A stretch of DNA of 64,000 nt. It comes from the human T2T-CHM13v2.0 reference genome, Homo sapiens. How positions within the stretch are numbered: position 1 is the stretch's first letter; each line of letters starts with the position of its first letter. Of this stretch, positions 14,061 through 30,556 are shown one piece after another. The DNA lies in NCBI RefSeq assembly GCF_009914755.1, contig NC_060934.1; one strand, written 5' to 3'. A program made the position numbers and the translations under genes. The notes below the pieces were generated by a model. That model made no database searches. It saw only the letters and a program-made list of their open reading frames with translations, and was not told the DNA's origin.

Positions 14061-16121
14061 CTGGACTTCCCAACCACCAGGGTCTCCCCTTATCTTGACT
14101 CGAAGACTTTCCCCACACCAGAAGGCCCCCTCCCCCTCCAAATCCGCCCCAGCCTCCCAGAGAAAAGTTCATCCAAACAAGAAACTTGAAGCCCCAAATG
14201 GTGTGACTCACCCTCATGGCTGGGAAACACAATTTCACAAATAACAACCCTCTTAATATTTTTTTCTTTTTCTTCCTTTCTTTCTTTCTTTTTTTTTTAT
14301 TTTTATTTTTTTTCCCCTGGATAAGATTTAAGCAAGTCCACAGGAATCAGGCTGTTTGGCAGCAAATTGTCAAGAGGAAGGGGAAGTTTGGTGGGTGCCA
14401 GAAAGTGCACTAATTACACCCTGAAAAACCTCTCCCCCATCTTGCGGCCACAGTCCCCTGCCCACGGACGGCCCCACAGGCATCCCTGGGCAGCCAGAGG
14501 CCTCTAAGCGGGTGCCCTCTCCTTGGCAGCTCGACACCCCACCCTCTGGAGGGCCGCAGCCTTGCCCCTGCCCCAGGCAGCTCCACAGTGAGAGAAGTGA
14601 GGCCAGAGCTTCCCCTCCTCATGGCCTTCCCACCTCTAGTGCCCTCCAGCCTGTCTCCAGGGAATTAGGGCCCATCCCCCAGCCCTAATTCCAGACGAAC
14701 GCTACCTTAGAGCCGAAAGGGTAGAGACCGTCAGCTGACCCTACCTCATTCCCACATGAAAGATGGGGAAACTGAGGCCCACAGGGGCACAGGGACGCAG
14801 ACCAGGGTACCCAGCCAGGCCCCAGGGCCAGAAATCCTGCTTGGCTGGCCAGTGTGAAGGGTGGGTGAGGCAGTGAGCTGCTTCCTCTCTGAGGCCCCGT
14901 TTGAGCTCAGGCCAGGGAGGTGAAAGGCAAATCAGTCTCCTGGTTGTTTCCACAGCCTGTGGGGACTGGATGGAACAGAGGCCAGGACCCAGAGCTCTAT
15001 CCCCTCCTGCTCGGAGCTGGGGCTTGGCCTCTTGGGTTTCCCATCTGTACAGTGTAAAATGGAGCGGGGAAGGGGGAAGAAGGGTGACCTTGCTGATCCC
15101 TGTGGTCCTGCTTTCCTAGGGTCCAGACACCCGGGTCCTGAGAGACGCCCCTGGAGCCTGGCATGCAGAGGCCGACACAGGCACCATCTGTTCTGTGGCC
15201 TTCCTTCTGTGGCTGGAGTGCAAGGTGGCCCTAAAAGCCTTCATCTGTCAGCCCTAACCCTGCTCCTCTCACCATGCCCACCGCGCAGCTCTGCCTTTCT
15301 CCCTCCAGCCCACACTTGCTGCCTCAGCCTGGGAATGCCCTTCTCTATGTCCATCCAGAACCCCTCCAGGGCCTGGCTCCAGATCGGGCTCTAACTCCAG
15401 GGTTGTGGCCTTGACCTCATCCTTTCCCCTTACTCAGGCCTCAGGCTCCAAGGAAAAGCATGAAAAGCACAGATCCAGGTGCTCCTGAAGCACCCCCGGC
15501 CATAGAGGCCCCGACTCCCACCAGAGGCCTTGCTGACCTCTCCCACCCCAGCGTAGCCCAGTCAGCACTGCGGTTGGCAGGAGGGGGCGCAGGGATCATG
15601 GCGCAGCCCCGCCTGAGTGACCAATGGAGCTCTGAAGTCGCTCTCTAATCTCTCCCCGTGTGTGAGGCCTCCTCACCTCTCCCACAAGGCTGGACATCCC
15701 TGAAGACAAAGGTTCTGCAACCCTCCATTGCCCCACAGCCTGCCCTGGGTGCGATGGTCACCAGCAGGGAAGGGCCTGCCCAATTGACAGATAGGGTAAC
15801 AGATGCCCTAGCGGTCTCATTTCCATGGGCCGAGTGGAGGGGCACTCCCACCTTAGATTAGGCTGCTCTGGGCACTGGTGCAGGGCAAAGCCACTTATGG
15901 GGTAAGTGGAAGCCCCTGGGCCATCTAGGCCCAGATCACCAGGCTTAGGGAAGAGGCCACCTCTCTTTCCTCCCTAGGTCAGTGACCCCAGCAGGTAGCA
16001 GGAAGCATGTGACCCTCACACCGCATCTGGGGGACCATGCATCACACTCCTGCCCAGTGCTGGAACTTCTCCAAGGTTTTTGCTTGGCTGTTGGGGAAAG
16101 GAAGGTGGGAAGACGTTATAG

Positions 16122-16471
<350 letters not shown>

Positions 16472-18635
16472 TAAATCTTTTACCTTTCTTAGTCCCCTCG
16501 TACCTGGCAAGAATACTATTCAAATGGGCATTATTGGCCCCATTTTATAGAGCTAGAAACTGAGGCTCAGAGAGGCTGAGCGATTTGCCCAAGGTAACGC
16601 AGCCAGCACGTGTTGCCCTGTTATATTTCAGCCTCTACATGGCCTCCAAGGCTTGACCTCCCCTATAGGAAGGGGAGTCAGAGGAAAATGCCAGGTGCGG
16701 ACCACTCTACTTGGCACAGAGGCCCTGTGACATCATATGCTAGGCCCCTCGGCCCTGGCAAGATGAAGGACCCGTGTCTCTGCGCTGCATGAGGGGTGCA
16801 GGCCCTGGGCATGGTGGTTCTGCTGCAGAATACGGGGTGCAGAGACAGAGATTTCCAAGGCTGACTCCAGTTCTCCCCGGAGCAAGCCTGACAAGAGGGA
16901 CTTCTTCTCTTTTCTTCCTTCCCTGCAGGACAGTAGGTAGGCACAGTAGGTGAGGGGTAGCAGGAGTTAGGGCAGGAGGGTAGAAGCTGCAGAGGGCAGC
17001 CCAGAGGGAGAAGAGAGGGCACAGAAACAGGACAAGAGACAGATAGGAGAGGCAGTGACAGCAGGCAGGATGGGGAGCAGCATGTGCTGGGAAGGACATG
17101 GCCACAGTGAGACCATGGAAAAGGCAGCGTCTGGGCCAGGCTACCAGGCACGGCAGAAGCAAGGGCTGAGTCCTGCTCCCCAGGCCTGAGAAGGCCCCGG
17201 AGGAGGAACTCTGATTCGAGTCCCTAGCTCTGTAGGGGTTCCTTTCATCAGCTGAACAACCGCTTTCTTATCCCAAAGCCACCCCTACTCCACCCCACAG
17301 ACACGCGCACACACACACGCACCCACACTCCTCTGTTTGGGACAAGAGATCATTCATCTCGCAAATGAATCCACCCTGCTCCCAAGGGGATCTGTACTTC
17401 CTCCACCCCAGGCATCTATCTGCGGCTGGTCAAACACATACATGTCCGATATATACAGAGGTGGACACCAGCCGGTCTCAGGGAGACAAGGAGATAGCCC
17501 GTGGGCAAGGCGGGAAGCGAGCCAATGGGAAAACATGGCCACACCTTGACTGAGGGTTTTCAGCTGTGCTCAGCCCCTGGCTCTGTTTGTTTCCCAGGTC
17601 TAAAGCTGACCCATGGGCCAGGACAGTGCTGGGCTGGCCACGACAGGCACAGCAACCCTTCACCCAGGACTCCAGAGGGCACCACTGCCTCCTGGAGGCC
17701 CATTCACCCAGCAAATGTAAAACACAGTTCCCTGGACACAGTCAGTGCTTAGCAAAAGATTCTTATTTAAATCACAAGTCTAGGTTATTTTTGGTGGGGG
17801 AGTGGGCAGAGAGAAATAGGGAAAGGACCCAGGAAAGGGGGAGCAGACAGTGCCAGCAGGACAAAGCAGAGGAGACCTGGGGAGATCCCTTTCCTCCTTG
17901 GTTCCAACAGCTCCAGCCCAGGGTCACCACTCACCTGACAGGTGCTCACGTTTCACAGCTATAAGCCCTCTGCCCAGCTAGTGTGTAAGCACTGGGGACC
18001 GGGCTGCCTCTTACTGCTAGAGCATATTTGTTGAATGAAAGCAGAGAGCAAGAATATGAGAATCCCAGGACTGGAAAGGACCCGCATATTTAGCTAGACT
18101 GTACTCTGTCTGGAGTACCACTGAGGCTTGCAGCCTCCATTGCAGGGATCCTTGATCTGTGATCCACTGTGGGCATGAAGGTGTGTGTGATCCCACTGAA
18201 ATCACATGCAAACATGTGTATATGCATGTGCACGCATGCTTATGTTCTGTGCCTTGTGCTGGCAGCAGAAACTCTAGTTGTCTTCAGATTCTCAAAGAGG
18301 TCCCTAACCAAAGAAGGTCAAGGACCATTCATCAGCATACCCAAGCCTCTGCTGAAACACTTGTAGGGGACAAGGTTTCACTATCTCCCAAGTCAGCTCA
18401 TTCCAATGAATCAAGAAATCGATACATATTTTTTTCTGTGAGACAAAACAAAAGGTGAAGAGGCTCAGGAGAGTACTTACATGCTCACAAGTCAGGAGGT
18501 GGAAGGGAGGAGGGGAGGTTACAATTCAAGACACCCACCCACGTAGAAAACATTAACTAAGCAGCTAGCATGTCCTGCACGCTAAGAACCAGATGCCAGG
18601 ACTACTAAGTAGAAAAGACAAGATTCCTACTCTCA

Positions 18636-18886
<251 letters not shown>

Positions 18887-20155
18887 AGACATGCTTTACC
18901 AGAGCACCTACAACTCATCTTTCACAGGCTCACAGCAGCTGGAAAGAGGTCTGCTCCCAGTGGCAGCCAAGTAAAACCCCTCAGAGAAAGGACATCCATT
19001 TGTGTCATAAAGAAGCCAGTTGGAATGTGTCCATGTACAAGGGCAGGGAATGGCATTTTAGGTAGCAGCAATAGCAAGTGCAGGGGCTTAGAGGAGGGGG
19101 AGTGCTTGATGTTTTCAAAAACCCCAAGTAGACCAGTATGGCCAGAGGAGGGCTGAATAAAGAATCACATGCCACCACCACCACCACGACACACACACAC
19201 ACACACACAACAGATCTAGGACCTGAGACCTAGGCTGGAGTCTTGGTTCTGCCTCTGATTCCCTGAATGCATTGTCTTTCTTTAGAAGAGCCTTAGTTTC
19301 CCCATCCAGACAATGCGGATGCTGCACACAGACTAGGATATGGGTGCAGAAGCAGTAGAAAGTGCTCAGTGCCCATCTTCTCTCCTTCTCCTAAAGCAGG
19401 CCAGCCCTGGACTCATGCCCCCATGCTGGGTTGATGGGGAGTGGCTGGAACAGGGACATGGTAGGAAACCCAGTACTCATGACCAGTACTCAGCAATTCC
19501 AGAAAGTTTGAGGACCAGGGACAAAATGTCGGAGGCACTGAGGCTTGATAGGATGGCCCCGTCCAGACGGATTGCTGCCTGCCCTCACTGGGACCCAGAG
19601 GCTGATCCAGGGGAGAGCAAATCTGGGGACCAATTGCAGGACGGGTCGCAGATGCAACCCGTAGCTGGAACACAGAAGAATTCTAGATCTAGCTCTCCCA
19701 CTGACTGGCTAGGTGACTTGCCAGGCCTCTGTGTCCTCTTCTGCAAAAAATGGGAGCTATGAGGAAAGAGAGGCCATGAATAGAGCACCACCCAAGAGCA
19801 GAGGACTGTTCCACTAGGGCCATCTCCTCCCGGAGCCCTCCTCTGGGTACTGACAGCATCTGGCTCCCTGCTGCTGCTACTTACTGATTACTAATGCTGT
19901 CTGCTTTCCTCCCTCCCACCTGACTCAGAAGGTCCACGAGGTGTGGTCTTCCCTCTGAGTCCATGCCTGTCCAGTCAACGTAATCTGACAGAGGGAGGGT
20001 CAGGTTGCCTCAGCCAACAGCTTCTCAAATGACGGTCCTCCTTGCCTGAGTCACACTTCAGCTTCCCAAGGGTGGCCAAGAGAGCTGGGAGCATCCTCCC
20101 GAACTCTGGGCTGGGATAGAATGGCCATTACTCTCAGGCCCTGGAGCTGCCCCCT

Positions 20156-20157
<2 letters not shown>

Positions 20158-20193
<36 letters not shown>
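20158..20193. repeat. (CA)n microsatellite
   Basis: Seen directly. Confidence 0.92.
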
Positions 20194-20194
<1 letters not shown>

Positions 20195-21851
20195 ACAAAG
20201 GCTGCTGGGAACCCACCTGAGCTCCTTAAGCCCACTCTCGAACATAGGCACCTCATATTCTTGGGCAGAAATGTGGCTTTGTTCCACACATCCACACTGG
20301 TCAGGCAGCCCGTGGGCTTATCTCCGTCTGTTGAGGGCACATCCAAACCCTCGGAAAACTGTCAAGACTGGGGCCTTTTAAAGGAGGACACTGTATGTAC
20401 TCCTCTAAGGGTTTTAATGGCCATGTCCATACAGAAGGGCTGGGCCCAGGGAAAGGCCATTTGTTAAGCCTTGTGACACCCTTGCTACTGTTCTCAAACC
20501 TCCAATGGGTAGACCTGAGCAGCAAAGAGGAGGTTCATTGCTGCAGAGGCTGATGCTCTAGGAAGAGCTTCCTAAAGGTTGGAACTATCCAACAATGAAG
20601 AGGTTTTCCAGGAAGGACACTGACAGGTGTCCTGAGCCAAAAATGTTCTCTGCTCAAATAGGTGTGGGAACTGTCAAGCTGAAGAAAGGTTAACAGGTTT
20701 TGCACTGCAGGAGTTCTCAGGGCCTTTCCTGTGCTAGTGGGCACTGTGTGTTTCCAAGGGAAAGGAAGGACACTGTGTCTTCCAAATGTATTTGACCACA
20801 AAGTCCCTCCCCCAACATTCACAAAGTGGGGGTCTCTTGACAGTAGGGCCACACCTTCCAGCTACCTCTGTCCCTGGAGAAAGAGGGAAAGAGAACAGCT
20901 GCCCTAAGAATTCTACCTGAATGGAGTGAGACAGCCACATCTCCCTGGAGGCTGGAGGGTACAGGGACTACCTGGCAGGGGCTCTGGGCAGCCCTTCAAG
21001 GGGCCCAAGAGGCCATCTTCACAAGGAGGTAACTCAGCTTTTCCAGAAATGACTCCCATAGCCCCTTTACGGTTGTGAATTTAAGTTCCAAACAAGACTT
21101 GGCAGGGAAGACCCCATGCAGCCCAGCCCCTACTCCATCTAAGAACTGCCTTCCTTGGGTACCTGGAGAGAGAGAAGGGGCTCAGCCAAGGGCCTTAGGA
21201 ATCCCTTTCCAAAAATGTATCGTTGTTGCCGTAGATCAGGTTTTTGAAACTGGGTTTCACGGGGCCTAGTTTGTAGACCCAGAAGCCTTTTAAGAAACTG
21301 TGCAAGGTGCTTGTGTCCGCTTTGGCCTGGCACCCTCACCACAAGCTGGGAAGTCCCCACAAGAATCCAAGTCACCTCCTGGTGCTTGCTCCTGCACCAG
21401 GAACTCTGGTGTGAACTCTGCCATCTCTCTCTCTGCTCTCAGGGCCAGTGTGCCACTCAGAACCGTTGGCTTATCTTCAGCTTCCAGAGCTGAGGTTCCA
21501 GGGGCACAATGGGCTTCTGTGCCCCCATGTCCTCACCCCCCCTCAAATCCCAGCTGCATTCATGGTGTTTTGCTATTGTGGTGGGAGCAGCCTGGGGGTG
21601 GTGCAGGAGGGGGTGGGCTCTTGGCACAGGGGTTGGCGCAGACAGGCCGTGGTCAGTGGTCAGCATGCAAGTCACATCCGCAGGCACTGCCACTGGGCCT
21701 GCCAGGCCTCGCACAGAATGGTGATGCTCCTGGGCCCCCTGGGTCCCTCCGTAGAGTCCCCTCCGGCCCACACACAACTTGCTTCCTCTCCAACCAGCCC
21801 CTTGGTGGCATTGGGGTGGGGGGTATTTTTTCTTGCCTTCTCAGCCAGTTG

Positions 21852-21872
21852 CTATTTTGGAGCCATATTAGG
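21852..21872. promoter_or_regulatory. CArG box CCATATTAGG (21863-21872) with adjacent MADS/MEF2-like CTATTTTGG
   Basis: Exact CC(A/T)6GG match in non-repeat intron 1 sequence. Function not shown. Confidence 0.5.
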
Positions 21873-23654
21873 TCACCAGCTAAGCCCTGGGCGCAGGAAA
21901 GGCCTGTCCTCAGGAACACAGCTGAGGCTTTGAGAGGGTTTAGGAGGCAAAGTGGGTGGGGGGTGAGGATGAGTGAGCCTGAAGCCAAGAGAGCCTTCCG
22001 GAAGTCAGCAGGCACAGCCCTCCATCATCTCCGAGGAAGCCACTGGCCTGTGAACATCAGAGAAGCCCCTCTTGACTCCCCCAGCCCTCTCTTGTTTGAA
22101 CAGGTCTCAAATACTATAGATATACCATCCTGGGGTGTAGCAGAGACTAAATTTAACAGATAGGTAAGCTAAGGCCCAGAGAGAGACGGGGTTCCCTGAA
22201 GTCAGGTTGTGAAAGACATTTCCCCACCACTGCACTATACAGTATAACCTTTTCCTGCTCCTTTCACACTGTGTGACTTTATGGGGAAACTGAGGTACGC
22301 AGCAATGAAGTGACAGAGGGCAGTTCTCACTGAGCTCCGGTTGGGATCCTGGATGCCAGAAATTTTCAAAAAGCAGCACAACATCCTATTCTTATAGGGT
22401 ACTCTTGATGGTTCCAAACTCCCAGGTCCTCTCAGGGGAGACCCACAGGTGGGGAACAATGCCACCATGGTAGGGGGAGCAGAGGGAGGCTAGAAGAGGT
22501 TGATTAGGGGTCCACACTTGACCTGTGGGTCATGTTCACCCTTCTCCCAGGGTGAGAAACTCCCGTGGGGCTCCCACAAGCACCCCCATCAAATCACCCA
22601 CCATTCATACCCTCTATCACCTTGTCTGTTTACTCATCCGTGGCCCCCACTAGCCTGTGGCTGTGAATCCCCGGGTCCTGCCCAGAGCTCAACAAATGTT
22701 TGGTAAGAGAACAAACAACTGAAAAGACGCATGCACCAAAGAAACACCCCACAAACGGTCCTCCAGTCACTGGTCACCTGAAGCCAATTCCCTGAAGAGG
22801 CAGAAAAGTCTCTTACAAGAAAGAAAGATCCCCAGCCAAGAACCATTCCTCACGTGGAGAGAATGCTTTACAGTTTACAAAGAGCTTTGGCATAGAAATG
22901 CTTTTGCCTGACACCAAAGGGTGCACTTTCAGACTCATCTTCCTCCTCTGCACCCAGCCCCCTCCCACGCCTGTTCTACCCACCCAGGTCAACAGGTCAG
23001 CCTGGGTAGTGTTGGCCTTGGGCCAGCATTTTATATGTCCATGCCTCCCCTAGTAAATAATGGCAGAGTTGAACTCAAGGGCGACCCTCTGCCTCCCTCT
23101 CTTACCCCCAGCACACCCTTGCGTACATAGGCTTTCCTCCCCAACCCATTCAGGACTCTGACTCTCCTAAAACTCACCGGTGTGCCCAGGTCTGGAAGGA
23201 AAGTGACCCCCATGTGTGTCCTCCCCCGAACACACCTCTTGCATCTTTGCAGAGAAAACCCCCACAAGGGGAGGAAGTGAAGGCCACAGATGGGTGTCTG
23301 AAATTCCCAAATGAGGCAGGAGTAAATGGAGGGAGGGGAGGAGTCCAGCCCACGGAAAGGAGTGGTATCTGGGCAGGCCCTGGAGACTCTTCAAAAAGGG
23401 CTGGGAGGTGGTGGCGATCTGTGTATTTATCTTGCTGGCAAAGAGGCGCTGCCCAGTCAACTTTGTAACTGAATCCACCAAACAGGCAGACTTTGCAACA
23501 CAGCCGGCCCAGGTTTCTGCAGAAGGCGCTGGGCAGCTGGAACCTCTCCCCCCCCTTTCTAGCCCCCCTCCCAAGAGCTCAAGAGGATTTCCCTTTCATT
23601 TCCTTCGAGGCTGGGAGGGCTGGGGACAGCGCAGTCTGTGGGGTCAAGCCCTCA

Positions 23655-24990
<1,336 letters not shown>

Positions 24991-25266
24991 GCGGGCCCGC
25001 CCATGCGAGGCCCCGCCCAAGCCCCACCTCGTCCCAGCCCGGCCAACCCAGCTCCCCGAGCTGCCGGGAGCTCAGTGCAGCCCCGGCCTAATCAATTTCG
25101 TCTCCCTCTGTCGTCAGCGCTCTTGTCTCGTTCTTTCCAAATCCTCTGCAATTGTTTTTCACTCACTTTTCCTTTCCTATTTTCCCTCCTTTCTCATACT
25201 CCTTCTTTCTCTCTCTCTTAGACTAGTACTAGTCTCCTGTGTCCGTCGTCCTTGTATGTGGCGCCC

Positions 25267-25269
<3 letters not shown>

Positions 25270-25319
<50 letters not shown>
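25270..25319. repeat. (GT)25 microsatellite upstream of the promoter
   Basis: Uninterrupted GT run. Confidence 0.95.
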
Positions 25320-25323
<4 letters not shown>

Positions 25324-26439
25324 CCTTCTCTTTCTCTCACTCTTCTTGTCTCCTTTCTTCTATTTCCGTCTGGTCTGATGTTTCTCCCTGTCTCTCCCGC
25401 TCCTCTCTCAGACGCGTGTACACAGACGCACACACTTCTAACTCCCTCCTCTCGCTATCACCATCGGACCCTCCCCCTCCTACTTAATTCCTTCCATCTG
25501 CAGAATCACTTTGCGGGCCGGCTGCGCCAAGGGGGGCCCGGGTTCCTGCCCCAGGAAAGACTCCCCGCCCCCTCCCCCCCCCTTCTCCTATTTCTGCTCT
25601 GGGCCCGCCTCGCTTCTCGACCCTCTTCCTCCACCCCGGCTCCAGCCCTAGCCCGCCCCGGTGCCTTGGCGAGTCGCCAGGACACCAGCCTGGGCCGGGG
25701 GAGCTCGGGAAAGCGGCTGTCACCCATCTCGCTGGGACAACTCAGCTAGTCCAAGACTGCCTGGAGGGAGCCCCGCCCCCGCCTCCGCCTCCGCCTGACG
25801 CCCCAGGAAGCCCCGGGGCCTTCACCGTCTCTTTCTCCGGGTGGTCTTTGCTGCGCCAGCACCGGGGACCTAGCCCAGAGGAACTCACCGCCTGGCTGGG
25901 ACCGAGTCACCTCTCCCACTTTCAGTCTGGCTCTGGAGCCATTCCGCCCAGCGTTGGAGTGCCAGCTTGGCCACCGTCCAGCGGAATGACCTCTGCATGA
26001 CGCCTAACCTCTGCGAGCAAGCCTGTTTTCTCCTCTGTAAAATGGGAGCAGTCATCCTCCCGCCGCCGGGGACATTTGTGTGCTTCCCAGCTTGGGTTTG
26101 GTAAGCGGAAGATATTCCATAAAGGACAGCTCTTCCCCGCCACCCACTCCACGAGTTACTCACATCACCTGCAGGGCACCTAACCACATCTATGGTCGCT
26201 CGCACCACGAAGGCCTTCAGTGATGACCAAATGCCACCCTTTTTCACCAACCAAGAGGCCCTTGGATCTCAGATCTCCATCTTGTCTATCAATTTGCAGT
26301 TATTAATACAAACGACAGCATATGTATCAATCATGTCTTCATATTTTCATTCATCAAGAACACATCTATACAGTACCCTTTATATTTTTAAACAGTATTA
26401 AACCTATTTGTTTAAAGAGTAGGTACACGGTTCTTGCAA

Positions 26440-26705
26440 ATGGCTCACCTGTAATCCCAGCACTTTGGGAGGCCAAGGCAGACAGACTGCTTGAGCCCAG
26501 GAGTTCCAGACAAGCCCTGGAAACATGGCAAAACCTCATCTCTACAAAAAAATGCAAAAATTAGCCGGGCGTAGTGGCGCATGCCTGTGGTCCCAGTTAC
26601 TCAGGAGGCTGAGGTGGAAGGATCACTTGAGCCCAGGAGGTGGAAGCTGCAGTGAGTCGAGATCATGCCACTGCACTCCAGCCTGGGCAACAGAGTGAAA
26701 CTTTG
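26440..26705 (+). mobile_element. AluJ element
   Basis: Dimeric Alu with degenerate ends. Confidence 0.88.
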
Positions 26706-28713
26706 TACCCCCCGCCCCCACACCAAAAGAAATAGTTGGGATTATCTCTGGAACTCTGCTGCTGTCTTTGAGCTTCCAAGGATGGAGGTAGGATTTGGAA
26801 CCACTGATAAGACCTTCCCTAGATTTTATAGAGAAAACTGCTGTTCAGGGAGGGGACATAACTAGGAATCTGACACCTGCTTAGAGAAACCTCTGATCCT
26901 TCCCTGTGTCCTTCAGAGTGATTTGATGCCAAGAAGGTGTTTATCATGCCTGGTGACCACATTGATGGCCTCTGCCTCTTTCTCCCCAACATAGTTTCTA
27001 CCCAGAGCCTGGAGCATAGATAGTAAATAATCAGGAAATAGTTGCTGGGTTGATGATTGAATGAATAGGTGGAGAGACGCATGGATGCCCAGATTTTGCT
27101 CCTCTTTGAAGCCTGAGCGGCTTCTTTGGTTTTGTACTTTTCTCCCTCTCCTTGCCCACAGGACAGCTGCTCAACATGTGGGCTCTGTACCCAGTAGGTG
27201 ACTAATAAATATGAGCATCCTATAGGCAGTTTGCCTGGATGGCAACTGATTGACCTAAGGTCAGCCCTCAGCCAGCTGCTGGGAATGCATGCTCCAGGAT
27301 CCCCTGAAACAACATGTACGGTGGGAGAGGGTAATAGGTGAGAGTGACCAGATGGGTATCAGAGGCCTAGGTACCAGGCCAGAAGACCGGGCCACGCCCA
27401 AACTCTGCACCTTCTTGCCCTATCATGTGCACACTAAGGAACTCTGCATTTAAAATGTCAGAGGTTCCAAGCCCTCACTTTACAAAGGAGGAGGTACCAT
27501 GGCCCAGAGAAGGAAAAGAACCATCCCAGGGTCTCTCAGTAAACCTGATAGCTAAGCCACCTGCTCCTAACCCACTACTACCTCCCAGCTCTCTCTTCAT
27601 TGATCCCAGTGTGGCAGCATTCAGGTGTGGCAGCTCTGGCCCCATATACTGTCCTCAGACTGGAAGGCAGGAGGGAGCACCCAGGTGAGGCTCACATCCC
27701 TGTCCCCTTCCCTGTCCAGTGGCTCCAGCCATCCCACAGTCTCCAGAATGGGTCAGTGGAATGAACACAAGATTTGGAGGAAAGACCTGGCCCAGTGACC
27801 TTGGGTAGGCCTGCCCTCTCTGTAAACCTCAGTTTTTCCAGGTATCAGATGGGAATGTTGATCCCATCCTTACCAACTTCTACAGTGACTGACAGGATCC
27901 AAGGAGGATGCAAAGAGGAAGGCGCTTTGCTGTTCCCTGAGTGAGTAGGCAGTCATGCGTGACGGGAGGGTGATATTGATACTTGCAGTAACAGTAATAT
28001 TCAATTTATCTGGAGAAATGTGGGCAGGAGGGGACAAGTAGGAAAAAGTCTGCTCCTAAAGTTGCCCAGGTAACAGGTCTGATAAGTGTTTGGTGGAGTA
28101 TCAAACCAAGAGCCTTGAGCTCAGAGAAGCAGGAGAAACCTGGGCAAGAAGAGGAAGCAGTTGGTCTTTATGAGGGAGTCAGCCTTCAAATTCAGCCCAG
28201 GAGGCAAGCAGAGATGAGCAGGGGCAGAAGATGGGGCTTCACAATCCTGTGCAAATTGATGCTTCTCATTTCTGTAAAAAACGCCCCATGGTGATTTATC
28301 AGGTGAAGGAACCCCTAACCCTCTTCAAACCACCCACACTCCATGTGTCAGGAATAAATAGCAAAGCACACACTGACAAAGCTAAGATTTGCCTCTCCTT
28401 TAGGCCAGGGCTGGGCATTGGGTTCCTTTGGACTGTGTGTTGACACAGAAGGTGTCAGTTTACAGCAGAGATGGCAAAATGGCAAATACTCTCCTTACAG
28501 GCACCACTGCCCCATCCCCCACCCAGGACAGACCTCTCTGAGTGCGGATCCCCTTCCCAGGCAAGACTTCAGGTTCCTGCTCAATACAGCACCCCACGTC
28601 ACCACTAATGAGATGCTGGAATTGGCCCTGAAGACGCAAATTATTTGCCATGTTAACTTTATATCCACCTTCCCAGGCTGCTCTCTAAACCCTATGGTGA
28701 CTGTGCAGAATTA

Positions 28714-28761
28714 TTAGGTTGGTGCAAAAGTAATTGCTCTTTTTGCCATAGAACCAACCCA
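28714..28761. mobile_element. MADE1 (mariner MITE), internally deleted
   Basis: TA followed by TTAGGTTGGTGCAAAAGTAATTGCTCTTTTTGCCAT. Only ACCAACC remains of the right arm. Confidence 0.85.
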
Positions 28762-28780
28762 GTGAGCTAAAATCCAGGTT

Positions 28781-28846
28781 TCAAGGCACCTTTACACACA
28801 CACATACACACACACACACACACTCTCTCTCTCTCAAGTCACCTTT

Positions 28847-28882
<36 letters not shown>
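28781..28882. repeat. Compound duplicated (CA)n/(CT)n microsatellite
   Basis: TCAAG(G/T)CACCTTTACA + (CA)n occurs twice in tandem. Confidence 0.85.
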
Positions 28883-28889
<7 letters not shown>

Positions 28890-29521
28890 CTCCTCCTTCC
28901 ATGGATGCAGCCCTGCTGTTTACACTAACCAGATTTCAGCCCCAACTAGCCCCCAACTTCTTTGTGCAGTGCACAGATGGCAAAACCATAAGGGCAGTCT
29001 GACCACTCCAGGCCCCACCCACAGGCTCTTGAGTAGGCTTTAAGTTTATCTTGAGCAGCAAAGGGTGGGTAGGTCCTTGAATCTTAAACTCAGCCTACCG
29101 CTCCTTGCAGGTTCCAAGGTGTGGAAAGTGCCTGGAGCTTTGGAACTGTCACTTCCTGGGCTGTGTGACACTGACAAGTTGAGTCTCCTCCCCTGGACCA
29201 TTTCCTAGTGTATAAAATCTTCCCACTGCTGTTGGAATCCCAGATGACACGGGGAGGCAGGAGACACTTTGAGGGCCCTGGCCTCTAGAAGCCCTAAGAG
29301 AATGCCTGCTTGGTTTCATGGCTGGACAGTATGACATGGGCATGAGGGGTCCCAGCCTGGGTGTGAGGAGCCTAGGGTTTGTGTGTGGTCTGGGAAAACT
29401 GGCAGAACACCCTGGACCTAGAAGTCACTGGAGCAGGCCTAGTGGGCTTCCTGCTCCCTGAGGAACCATCCTCAGAAAAGTGGTGTCTAATGTCATATAG
29501 GAGCTACGGGCAGCAATCACA

Positions 29522-30556
<1,035 letters not shown>

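Noticed and set aside
21300-22163. 287-aa plus-strand ORF in intron 1
   Set aside because: GTG start, no recognisable domain, antisense within a GC-rich intron, no supporting exon structure.
28714-28761. miR-548-like gene
   Set aside because: The right arm of the MADE1 is deleted, so no precursor hairpin can form.
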